From: Squalus acanthias
Lineage: Eukaryota
Assembly (NCBI GenBank): GCA_030390025.1
Contig: CM059431.1
Location: 116,500,001 to 116,564,000 of the forward strand
Direction of reading: 5' to 3'
DNA: 64,000 nucleotides
Positions 23,470 through 35,428 of this stretch are shown in pieces. The position numbers and the translations under genes are program-made. The number at the start of each line of letters is the position of its first letter. Position 1 is the first letter of the stretch. The notes beneath the pieces were generated by a model that was not told the origin of the DNA, did not search any database, and was given only the letters and a program-made list of their open reading frames with translations.

Positions 23470-25297
23470 AATCATAGCAAAAATAATTACAATCATGCAA
23501 AAATAGGCAGTTTTTAGTCCTTACAGCTCAACTGCCTTCTGAAAAAAAAGCATTAAAAAGAATTCCCAAATGGGAGTCTTTAGCTCTTATAAAGCTGAAT
23601 TGCCTTCCACAACTAAAAAAAATGGGAAAAATGCTTCAAGACTAACACAAGTGGCTCAGCAAGCTAGGGAAGGGGCACCCAGGGTCTCACACACAGCACA
23701 AAGAAATTTCATGACCTCAGATAAGTGGTTAAGGTCAGTGAATGCATCTTCAAAAGCCGTCTCTTACCAACTGCACCACTAGCCTCACACACTTCTCAAT
23801 GCACGACTCCCCCCCCCCCCCAAATCACTCACCTAACAGCAATCTCTATCAAACACAAGGCACACCTCCCATTCCAGCTTCAACTCACCCCCTTGGAGGA
23901 GAAGGTGCTGGCCATTCTTGGCAGCGGCATGGCTGAGCCCTTGCCAGCGGTGTGGCTGAAAGGATACAAGATGCTGGTATCCTAAGTTATCCTCCTTCTC
24001 GCATGCACCTCTTGCTTTCCCACCCTCCCCTCAACACAACTCCACCCTTGTGCCTTCCTCATTTCAGACACCCAAGAAATGCAGCCTGTCCAGCCACGGG
24101 TTGACCAAGAAGAAGAAGAAGAAAAAACACCGTCACTCGATTTCACACTCCCAGCCACCAGCTCCTCAAGGTTGCCATGCAAGGCCATCTGCAGTGTCCC
24201 CCACTGAAAGTTAGCAGCCTTCTACCAGCAATGCTGCAGGTACTGGGGTAGTACTTCATGACATCAGTAGGATGTCATCAAAGGCACACACAAGACAGTC
24301 ACTAAGGAAATGCATAAGGGTGATGAGTTGATTTCTTGATGTCATATTGGATGGATAGACCTATAAAGTTGGATTGGAAAGTTTGCTTTGTGGTGGTTTT
24401 TATTTCAGCATTTTGGCCAAGAGAACACTGTGATAGTTAATAACAGAGGGAAGGTAAGGTGTGGGACAAATGCTGAAAGGGGAATCGGGGTTGTGGTCAC
24501 TGGTACCGCAGGCAGAGGATTCTATCTCGGATATCCCAGCCAGGCTGTCTGGGTTGCATCCATCCTTCTGCTTCTTCCTCTTCTGCTTCCTCCTTTTCTG
24601 CTTCCTCCTCTTCTGCGTCTTCCTCTTCTGCATTTTCCTCTTCTGCATCGTCCTCTTTCCTCTGTGAGTGGATGCTGTAAATCTGAAATAAAAGCTTCAT
24701 ATTCTGGTAATACTCAGCAGGTCAGGTAACATCTCGATCTGAGACATGAACTCTATTTCTCTCTCCACAGATGCTGCCTGACCTGCTGAGTATTTCCAGC
24801 ATTTTCTGTCTTCTCAGAGGCCTTCCTTTACCATCTGAGGCCTTGCAAGCATCCAGCAGCAGTCCCTGCACACTTAAAAAACGTTTAACATGAATTGTAC
24901 CAAGCCACTGCTTCAATAAAATAAAAAGAATCCAGTCCAAAAGCTTAAATGCAAAGTTACCTGAAAGATGTGTGTGTCCCTTTCAGAAGTGCTGACAGTG
25001 TCTCTGTCAGTCTGCTGAATGGTGCCTTTTTAGAGCGAGCTTAGGACCCAGCGCTAAGCTCAGCACTAAGGTCGAACTTCGCAGATGTGGCGTCAAGTTG
25101 GCGTTACACGCTGACTGACATCACTCTCTGCCCATTTACATCTCCAGGGCCAACGTTGCTATCTGCTTCACTAAGGCCCTCACAATAATGGGGGCTACCG
25201 AATCCCACACCAGGGAAGGGCGTTAGAGTGGCGACCGCCATTTTTCCCCAGGATGGCAGCGCAAACGGGTGGCGCTAAGGTAGGGAATTTCTAGGCC
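23470..25297 (+). mobile_element. Non-autonomous Harbinger derivative; inverted paralog of 59518-61420
   Basis: Long colinear similarity (e.g. AAAAGAATTCCCAAATGGGAGTCTT); ends GAATTTCTAGGCC; carries the captured hairpin at 24672-24810. Confidence 0.8.
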
Positions 25298-26544
25298 TCT
25301 AAGTTGCAAGGTTCCTGCTACTGACCCTCAGTCGGGATCCAGAGTTTCACTGGTGCCCAGGATGACAAAAGAGATGAGATATAGCAGTCTCCACAGGATG
25401 CATGTGGACCCAACAGGTGACGACTTGGCCCTGTGGAGATTCTTTTTACTTTATCTTTGATAATTCTCCTTGGTTGGGGCTGCTTAGAACTGTGGCTGGG
25501 GTGGGGGAGGGGGGCAGGGTGGGGAGGATCCTGGACAATTGCACCCATGCAGTCCTGGCGCATGGGGAAGCTAGCCACCAAATGTAGCACTCCGAATGGC
25601 ACTTCCGTTCACTGGTCCCATGCTATTGTGGTGGACTCCCACTGACCCCGCAAACTCCAGTTCAAGGCCAGCTGCCAGCATAATTCCTGGCACAACTACC
25701 AGGGTCGATGCCTGTGCAATTTTCAGGGTCTTATTTGATTTTGCAGATTTATTGTTAAATGAAAGAAAATTAAATTAACCATATTGATTTTTGTCTATCG
25801 GCAGTAATAAAATCTGGCAGACCAAATGAAGTTAATGTGATTCACTGCCCAAGAATTGCTAAATTGGTGTTCTTAGTTCATCAGCAGGATGTACTCAGTA
25901 AACTGTTAAATCTATTTGGGAAATGGAAGGTAGGACTTAGACTGCTAAATGCATCTTCACTGCCTGGAATGGTACTCTTCACTTGGGAGCTACTTGGCGG
26001 TAAAATTATTAAGTCTGTATTATCTACTCTTGTATTTTGGGATTGATTTCCAACTCCCAACATGGAAGAACTTAATTTCTCCCTTTTTTGTACGTGTTTT
26101 GATTTAACATGTGATCATTGATCAGAGGTCCCTTTGGTTGTAATGCAGAATTAAAAAGGTACTCTTTTGAAAATGGAACTGTTTGTGTGGGAAAAAGCAA
26201 GGTCGCATGAATATAGTACGGATGTTTTAATGAATGAAATTGTGTGCAGTGAGCCCTATATGCTCGTTAAACTGATGCATTATAAAGTGGAGCACTGTAT
26301 ATCTGACCATCACCATGTTCACCTCTCATCATTCATCTGGTGTATCAGCTACATTCGTCCAAATGTTTGTGTATTCCTTTAGTATGAAAAACTCCATGCA
26401 AGGCAATGCCAGACCCACACATCTACAGAGATAAGATTGTGCTATTTTATTATTTTGTATTGCCTATTGGTTTAATCAAAGTAAGTTTTATAGTATCATA
26501 TTCCTGTAATTTGGACTTTTCTAGCTAAACAGAACATTACATAT

Positions 26545-26786
26545 AAAAACAGAAAATGCTGGAAATACTCAGCAGGTCAGGCAGCTTCTGTGGAGAGAGA
26601 AACAGAGTTAACGTTTCAGGTCGATGACCCTTCATCAGAACAGGAGTTCTGACGAAGGGTCATCGACCTGAAACATTAACTCTGTTTCTCTCTCCATAGA
26701 TGCTGCCTGACCTGCTGAGTATTTCCAGCATTTTCTGTTTTTATTTCAGATTTCCAGCATCCACAGTATTTTGCTTTTGTATGAGG
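26545..26786. repeat. Penelope-like inverted (hairpin) repeat with two back-to-back hammerhead motifs
   Basis: ~97-bp arms inverted around 26641-26645; extra 3' tail on the right arm only; 11-bp duplication ACATTACATAT (26534-26544, 26787-26797). Confidence 0.85.
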
Positions 26787-27640
26787 ACATTACATATGCT
26801 CACAATCTAACCTTTTTGCATATTTAACCTCACCCAGGCCCCAAAGGATGTGCATAAAGCAATGTTTCACTAGTAATTCCCTGTTACTCATTTCACAGTA
26901 CAATAAAGGCTTCTCTATATAAGTTGTTCTGGCTGTTACACCTGTGAAGTTGGTGGGATACTACTAAATACTGTAGTAAAATGCAGCATTTTATATTGGT
27001 CAGAGGTCAGAGGTCAGAATTCTCTGAAATCAAACTTCTCTTACATTTGTTTTCATCTAACACCTCATTGAATTAATCTAATAACATAGGCTATTATAGG
27101 CATTAACTGTCAGTTACAGACATATTCACACAGACAGATAGCTAAGGCCATTGTATGAGTAAAGAATCCTTATGAGCCTCATTGAAAATAATGGGCTTGA
27201 TGGAAAGATTAGTTAAGACTCGATGTTCAATTATTGTTTTTCACCTCTATAGAAGCATTCAAGTGGTAATAGGAACAAATTGAACTCTATCAGCCTCAGC
27301 CTTGTTTGTGCGGGGGATAATCCAACAAAAGAAATGCATCTGATAGATCTAATTTACCAGTGTTTGGAGAGAACCTGAACTAAGAGTACAAGAATAGGTT
27401 ACTACATTACTGCAAGAGACACCCACCTTCACTGCATGGCCATTATTGAAATACTCAGACTTTATACACAACTGGAAACTTTTGAAAGAGGTACAGAAAG
27501 TCTGGGAACACTCAATAGGTCAGTCAGCATCTATGGAGACAACAGGTGAGTTAACATTTCAGGTGTAAGGCTGAAACTTTTGAAGCGCTTGTGCTACCAA
27601 GTGTCAACAGATTGCAAACAAGAAGAGGCATAGTTATACT

Positions 27641-27885
27641 ACAACAACTTGTATAGCGCCTTTAACGTAGTAAAACGTCTCCAGGTGCTTCACAGAAGTG
27701 TTATAAAACAAAATTTGACACCGAGCCACATATTAGGGCAGATGACCAAAGCTTGGTCAAAGAGATAGATTTTAAGGAGCGTCTTAAAGGAGGACAGAGA
27801 GGTAGCGAGGCAGAGAGGTTTAGGGAGGGAATTCCAGAGTTTAGGGCCTCGGAAGCTGAAGGCATGGCCACCAATAGTGGAGCAA
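27641..27885 (-). mobile_element. L2-clade LINE 3' fragment
   Basis: GGHAFSFRGPKLWNSLP...FKTLLKIYLF; matches 35429-35700. Confidence 0.85.
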
Positions 27886-28043
27886 CAAGGCAAAATGTTT
27901 CTTCAGTATTACTAAGGGTACAGTGCTGTAAACTTTCCAAGATTTTTTTTGGAGGGGGGAAAAAATGTAACTGTCAGCCTTACAGAAGTACAGTTAGCAT
28001 CGAAGGTAATATTTATAGGGTATAGTTTCACATTTAACGAGTT

Positions 28044-28582
28044 CATAGAATCATAGAATCATAGAATATAGGAGCAGGAGTAGGCCATTCGGCCCCTCTA
28101 GCCTGCTCCGCCATTCAATGCGATCATGGCTGATCATCCAAATTCAGTACCTTGTCCCTGCTTTCTCCCCATATCCCTTGATCCCTTTAGCCTTAAGAAA
28201 TATATCCAACTCCTTCTTGAATCTATTTAATGAATTGGCCTCTACTGCCTTCTGTGGTAGAGAATTCCACAGGTTCACCACTCTCTGGGTGAAGAAATTC
28301 CTCCTCATTTCTGTCCTAAATGGCTTACCCCTTATCCTTAGACTGTGACCCCTGGTTCTGGACTCCCCGACCATCGGGAACATCCTTCCTGCATCTAGTT
28401 TGTCCTGTCCTGTCAGAATTTTATAAGTTTCAATGAGATCCCCTCTCATTCTTCTAAACTCCAGCGAGTATAAGCCCAATCGACCCAATCTCTCTTCATA
28501 CGTCATTCCTGCCATCCCAGGTATCAGCCTTGTGAATCTTCGCTGAACTCCTTCCATGGCAAGAACATCCTTCCTCAGATAA
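28044..28582 (-). mobile_element. 5'-truncated CR1 LINE
   Basis: ORF 28144-28557 (EGVQRRFTRLIPG...WNSLP); (CATAGAAT)n tail; GAGTT on both flanks. Confidence 0.92.
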
Positions 28583-29268
28583 GAGTTAACACCTACCTAA
28601 ATATAGAGCACAGAGGAATGCAGTATGAGCTCACTAAATATTTGCACCTGAACTTTGCTGCTCAGTAAATATACCCAATGTGAATCTGTGCATATAACAT
28701 GTAGGGTTGCCAACTCTGGTTGAACGTATTCCTGGAGATTTGATCACTCGATATTTGACCACATGATTTTGATCATGTGCTGTTCGATCACATGACATTT
28801 GATCACATGATGCTTGCCCGTAGTTTGCAAATGTTATTGCATTTACTTTAGAAAGGTTGGGTCCACTGTAGTTTAGTGTCTTTGCTCATCGGGAACTTAA
28901 AAAAAAGTTTTTGCTCACTGGAAAGGGTGGTCTGGGTATCTGGGTATCGGGATATCAAGAGATGTGCTCTCTGATGGCGAACCATTTCCGAGAAATCGAA
29001 GGTGATCAATTCTTTATAATCTCAAACAAAAGCAGAAAATGCTGGAAACACTCAGCAAGTCAGGCAGCATCTGTAAAGAAAGAAAAATGTTAATGCGTCA
29101 GGCATAATCCTTCATCAGAACGTGATGATATTACAGATGAACAGTTTATAAGCGGGAACAGAGCGAGGGAAAGGGGTCTTTATTTTTTATAACTTCTGTT
29201 GATTAAAGAAAACCTGGAATAAAAATAAGACATATTTAAAGTAAAAATACCCCACAGGATTTAGTCAG

Positions 29269-29302
29269 ATTTCCAGCATCCGCAGTATTTTGCTATTGTA
29301 TT
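29269..29302 (+). repeat. 34-bp tail-only insertion of the Penelope-like repeat
   Basis: ATTTCCAGCATCCGCAGTATTTTGCTATTGTATT flanked by a 13-bp direct repeat AGGATTTAGTCAG. Confidence 0.75.
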
Positions 29303-29877
29303 AGGATTTAGTCAGGCTTCTCTTTCACCCACAGCTCCGAGAGAATGTAACTCCTTTTTTAAACTAAAAATGATTGAAAAACACATCATGCATCAGAAGA
29401 ATCTGCTTTCAGTGTTCACCACATGTAGTGAAGAACTGGATGTACTGCTCAATTTTGAAATGTAAAAACCGCATTTGATTCAATGCTGTATTTGCACACC
29501 TGGTTGTGGCACTCACTGTAACTCAGTTGCACTACAACTCAAAGCTCAGTAAGATAAACGTTTCCAGAGTACTTACTGAATCTGAGAAGGATTTTTCTTT
29601 TTTTTTAATCCTGGCAATCTTGCTGTCAGGAAAATTACATTTTTGATGGGGACCTGATCTGATTGAAATGCACTCTGCTCCTACAGCTGCCAGCTCTGAA
29701 ACCTGAGAGAGCAAGCAGCAGAAATACACTGGGACGGTTTGGATCACTGAGCTCTTCAGATAATATAAACTGCTCTTGCTTTCACTGTGAATGCCAAGTT
29801 GTGGTCCGCTCATTCATGTGCTGATGCTGCCCATCAACCCTCCTTGTTGGAGAAAGCAGTCTTCAGGAGCCACTTAG

Positions 29878-31476
29878 AAACATAGAAACATAGAAAATAG
29901 GTGCAGGAGTAGACCATTCGGTCCTTCGAGCCTGCACCGCCATTCAATGCGTTCATGGCTGAACATGCTACCTCAGTACCCCATTCCTGCTTTCTCGCCA
30001 TACCCCTTGATCCCCCTAGTTGTGAGTGTTATATCTAACTCCCTTTTGAATATATTTAGCGAACTGGCCTCAACAACCTTCTGTGGAAGAGAATTCCATA
30101 GATTCACCACTCTCTGGGTGAAGAAGTTCCTCCTCAGCTCAGTCTTAAATGGCTTCCCCTTAATTCTTAGACTGTGACCCCTGGTTCTAGTTTTCCCTAA
30201 CATTGGGAACATTCTGCCCGCATCTAATTTGTCTAAACCAGTCAGGATTTTAAATGTCTCTATAAGATCCCCCCTCATTCTTCTGAACTCCAGAGGATAC
30301 CAGTTCAGTTGACCCAATCTTTCTTGATATGTCAGTCCGGCCATCCCAGGAATCAATCTAGTGAACCTTCGCTGCACTCCCTCAATAGCAAGAATGTCCT
30401 TCCTTAAGTTAGGAGACCAAAACTGCGCACAATACTCCAGGTGTGGCCTCACCAAGGCCCTGTACAACTGCAGCATCACCTCCCTACTCCTGTACTCAAA
30501 TCCCCTTACTATGAAGGCCATCATTCCGTTTGCTTTCTTGACTGCCTGCTGCACTTGCATTCCCACCTTCAGTGACTGATGTACCATGACGCCCAGGTCT
30601 CGTTGCACCTCCCCTTTCCCTAATCTGCCACCATTCAGGTAATAGTCCGCCTCTCTATTTTTACCACCAAAGTGGATAACCTCACATTTATCCACATTGT
30701 ACTTCATCTGCCATACATTTGCCCATTCACCCAACCTGTCCAAGTCACTCTGTAGCCTCCTAGCATCCTCCTCATTGTTCACACTGCCTCCCAATTTAGT
30801 GTCATCCGCAAATTTGGAGATATTACATTTAATCCCTTCGTCCAAATCATTAATATATAATGTAAACAGCTGGGGTCCCAGCACCGAACCCTGCGGTACC
30901 CCGCTGGTCACTGCCTGCCATTCTGAAAAGTACCCATTTACTCCTACTCTTTGTTTCCTGTGTGCCAACCAGTTCTCAATCCACGTCAACACATTACCCC
31001 CAATCCCATGTGCTTTAACTTTGCTCACCAATCTCTTGTGTGGGACCTTGTCGAAGGCCTTCTGAAAGTCCAAATACACCACATCTACTGGTTCCCCCCT
31101 GTCCACCCTATTGGAAACATCCTCAAAAAATTCCAGAAGATTTGTCAAGCATGATTTCCCTTTCACAAATCCATGCTGACTTGGACCTATCATGTCGCCA
31201 CTTTCCAAATGGTCTGTTATGACATCTTTAATAATTGCTTCCATCATTTTACCCACGACCGATGTCTATAATTCCCTGCTTTCTCCCTCCCTCCTTTTTT
31301 AAAAAGAGGGGTTACATTGGCCACCCTCCACTCCATCGGAACTGATCCAGAGTCTAAGGAATGTTGGAAAATGATCGTCAATGCATCCACTATTTCCAAG
31401 GCCACCTCCTTAAGTACTCTGGGATGCAGACCATCAGGCCCCGGGGATTTTTCAGCCTTCAGTCCCATCAATTTCC
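29878..31476 (-). mobile_element. 5'-truncated CR1 LINE with long open RT frame
   Basis: 427-aa ORF 29973-31256 with YLDFQKAFD, GVPQGS and FADD; small frameshifting deletion near 31265; (CATAGAAA)n tail; CCACTTAG duplicated at 29870-29877 and 31477-31484. Confidence 0.93.
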
Positions 31477-32290
31477 CCACTTAGTGCTGTCAATGCGTAG
31501 AAATGTTACTCTGCTGGAATGGCTCATTGTAACTTCTATGCATATATCTCTGAGAATTATTCAGACTCTCCAGGAGTGGGAGCTGCTGCTTTTAGGCGCT
31601 TCCAGTGTTGAAAGGAGAGGGAGCGGGAGCTGAGGGCTGCTTGCGGCTGCAGTTTTCATCCACTGAACGCAGAGAGAGAGAGAGGCAGACTGAGCCCAAC
31701 AATGCCCTTGCATTTGCTCACAGGAAAACCACAGGTGCGACACCTCAGCCGCAAACTCTACGCCCCTGTTTTCTCCCGGGTTGCTCACAGCAGTGCTCGG
31801 GAGATTAATCTTCCATTCTTGGAGGCTCCAGGGCAATCCGGGAGGGTTGGCAACCCTAATAGTATGGGCTAAGACTAAAGGGCTGAGATCATGAATCTCT
31901 GTTGCTGGCACGGAGGCCCTGCTAGATGCGAGCATGGAGGGCAGAGTCGGAACTACGATGTTGCAGTTCAGTCTCCGACTCATGTTCCTGCCTAGTAAGG
32001 GTCTAAGCTGCATGAAGCCCCATAATTTCTGCTCTTAAGTTTTTATAATCGAAAGCACAAAAGTTAACATGCATTAACTTTGTAAATGCACTTCTCACAA
32101 TTTTAATGTCAAAAAAATTAATAGTTTTCACAAAATATAGTGCTCCTAAAAGAACACAATTGAAACTTGTTTTGCTTTGAAGTTGTAACAAATTAAAGGA
32201 GCAAAACCGTAATTAAAACTTTACAAGCCCCCGTTATTTGGTTTCCAGACGCTGCCTGAACAATCTTTGCTAATATTTCCTTTAATTTAC

Positions 32291-32415
32291 TGTAATATAT
32301 GTGGGTAGAACAAATGAAGGACAGAGACATGATGAGTTGCTAGTCCATGTGCTTGCTTTACTAGACCAGAGCAAACTGAGCATGCTCATACTAAACCATG
32401 TGATAATACATTACA
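32291..32415 (-). repeat. Gypsy 3' LTR (125 bp)
   Basis: Direct repeat of 37047-37183; five substitutions and one 12-bp indel by my count. Confidence 0.92.
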
Positions 32416-35065
32416 CTGCTTTCCCCCTTAAAAAAAAGTATGTATTCCCCTCTCAAATACAACAAAACTATGGTCCCACCTTTCCCAGCATTACATGTAC
32501 CACATAACAAAAACTCCTGGCTTTTTTTCTTTTAAATTAACGACAAATCCTACAAATGAACTACAAATTCAGTTTAATAACAGGTTTGCGGAGCCTTCCT
32601 GATCTCCTTAAAAAAGGTTTTGGTGTTGAACCAATTTTTGGGATGTTTTATTTTGGTTCCGAACTCAAAGAAATAGGTCCCACCACTCTGTTTCCCCACT
32701 TGATACAACCTTGCTCACCAGACAATTCAGTACGACGGTTATGGAATGGTTTCAACTCTGTGTCCAGAAACTGATCAGTCCATCCATTCAAGGTGTTTTC
32801 ATACACTCTTTTCAGTACTGAGTCCTTTTGAGTCTCATTTGCAATCTCAGTTGCATTCACGGGAAAGTCTTTGTTAACTGCACCTAGCGTGAAAATCTCA
32901 CCTTCACTCCCAACACATGAGTCCTCATGTGGCAACCTGGACAAGGCATCTGCGATTGCGTTTTGCTTTGAAGCGTGATATTCAATCGTGTAGTCATATT
33001 GTGACAACAACACTGCCCAATGTTGCATTCTTGATGCGGCTATTGCAGGGATGGCAGATTTGGGCCCCAATATTTCTAAGAGCGGTTTGTGATCGGTTAT
33101 CAGTGTAAACTTTCTGCCAATCAGGAACTGTTGGAATTTCTTGATTCCAAACACTATGGCAAGTACCTCCTTTTCAATTTATGCGTAGTTTCTTTCGTTC
33201 TTTGTGAGGGTTCACGATGCAAATGCGATTGGTTTCTCTTGGCCGTCATCCATTACGTGGCTTATGATAGCTCCCACACTGTAGCTGGAAGCATCACACG
33301 CTAACTTAAGCTCATGCTCTGTGTCGTAGTGCACAAGTGGAGCATTGCTGGAGAGGTTTCTCTTACAAGCATCGTAAGCTTCTTGTTGCGTTTTTGTCCA
33401 CTTCTACTGGACATCCTTCTTGAGGAGCTCATGCAATGGAACTAACATGGTCGTTAACTCAGGTAAGAAACATGAGTAGTACTGGACCATTCCAAGGAAA
33501 GATCTTAACTCAGACACGTTCTCTGGGTTTGGAGCATTGATGACAGCATCAACCTTTTCCTTCACTGGTTGCAAGCCATTTGCATCAACCTTCAGACCAA
33601 GGTACACAACCTTGGGCTGCACAAAAGCACATTTGCTCCTTTTCAATTTGACATTGTGGGAATTCAACCTTTGAAGCACTATATCTAACACTTCTAGATT
33701 TTCTTCCTCGTTGCTTGTTGCGATCAGTACATCGTCTTAATTGCATAAGCAATTTGAAACTCCTTGCAAAATCTTATCCATCGTAGCCTGGAAGATTTTG
33801 GGGGAGGACTTTACACCATATGGCAGCTTGATGTATGAGTACAGTCCCTTGTGTGTGTTGATGGTGAGATACTGTTGACTCTCTGTCAACATTCAGCTGA
33901 GCGTAAGTGTGCAACAGGTCAAGCTTGGAGAAAACCTTTGACCCAGAGAGTGCTGCATAAAAAACTTGCGATGTAAGTAATGGATACTGCTCATCGTCAA
34001 CTGCTTGGTTGATAGTAACTTTGTAGTCACCGCACAAGCGTACAGTTTTATCTGCTTTGGGCATTACCACAATCAGGGTAGTCCATTCACTTTTGTCAGT
34101 TTTTACTAGCACTCCGTTCTCTCTGAGCTTCGCTAGCTCTTCCTCCATCTGACTTTTCAACGCATAGGGGACCGGCCTTGCCTTACAATAGACAGGCTTC
34201 GCATTGGACTTGATGCGGATATGAGCGTCATACCCAGTGATGCCCTCATAACTGTCTGCGAACATGCTTTCGTACTTGTTCAGCATTGTGTCAAGTCACT
34301 TCTTTGAAGCATCTACACTGAAGATGTTTTTCCAGTCTAGTTTTAACTTTCTCAAACAGTCTTTGCCCATGAGAGTTGGCCTGTTGTTGTAGCTCGCTAC
34401 AATAATAGGCAGCTTTACTGACTGGCCATTGTGTTGAACTGTACATTCCATTTGTCCACATGTCGCTGGGATTTCTCTGGAGTAGATTTTTAACTCTATG
34501 GTACTCTTTGTAAGTGATATGTGATTAAACTTACTCATGATAGAGCAGTCCGCCGCCGTGTCGACACACATATCAATATATTGCCCGTTGATCAAAAGTT
34601 TTGTACGGAAGTTTTTCTCATGACTGCTAGCATTGCCGCTAGTGGCATAGATACTGTAGATGCCTAGTCTTCAACATTAGGTAAGTTCGCTTCAATATTG
34701 TGAATTCCTCCCTGTTGTTGTCGCTGCTTTGCATTGCCACTAGAATGGTTCTTACTTCTTGTTTTAGATCTAGCTCTGTAAGCTGTTGAAATATGGCCTT
34801 GCTTCTGGCAGTGAAAACATTTCACATTTCTGTATTGGCAGGACTGTGGTGAGTGATTTCCATTGCAGCGATAACAATTCACTGAACTGCTCTCACCGAC
34901 ATGCTTTTGACTTGGACTCACAGCTTTAGGTTTGGCGGTGGCTTTGTGATTGTAGACCTCAGCTGCACTAGTCACTTGAGTTGGACAGAGCTCCCTAGCA
35001 TTCTTAGATGCCATCTCCATAGATAGGGCAATTTTGCATGCTATGTCAAACGTTAGGTTCAGAGT

Positions 35066-35276
35066 AACAACAGAAAACGCTGGAAAAACTCAGCAGGCCA
35101 GGCAGCATCCGTGGAGAGAGAAACAGAGTTAACGTTTCAGGTTGAAGACCTTTCGTCTTCAACCTGAAACGTTAACTCTGTTTCACTCTCCACGGATGCT
35201 GCCTGGCCTGCTGAGTTTTTTCAGCGTTTTCTGTTGTTATTTCGGATTTCCAGCATCCGCAGTATTTTGCTATCAT
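35066..35276. repeat. Penelope-like hairpin inserted in Gypsy gag
   Basis: Inverted arms pivoting at ~35150; 14-bp duplication GTTAGGTTCAGAGT (35052-35065, 35277-35290). Confidence 0.85.
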
Positions 35277-35428
35277 GTTAGGTTCAGAGTGTTCAGTAAT
35301 TTGCACTGTGTGCACTCATCCACCAGTCCACACACAAGCCTATCTTGCAGCACACGATCCAAAAATGTGCCGAAGTTGCAATGCAAAGACAGGTTCTTAA
35401 GAGCTACAATGTACTCACTGATGGTTTC

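Larger units (their letters stand above)
28702..31858. mobile_element. Non-autonomous hAT-type DNA transposon containing later insertions
   Basis: 13-bp TIR TAGGGTTGCCAAC / GTTGGCAACCCTA; 8-bp flanks ATAACATG vs ATAGTATG (6/8 identical). Confidence 0.75.

Noticed and set aside
26545..26786. miRNA precursor or MITE interpretation of the long hairpin
   Set aside because: Asymmetric tail, variable long TSDs and single-arm copies fit a retroelement better; no small-RNA evidence is available.
28738..28813. CRISPR-like array
   Set aside because: No spacers, no cas genes, eukaryotic context.
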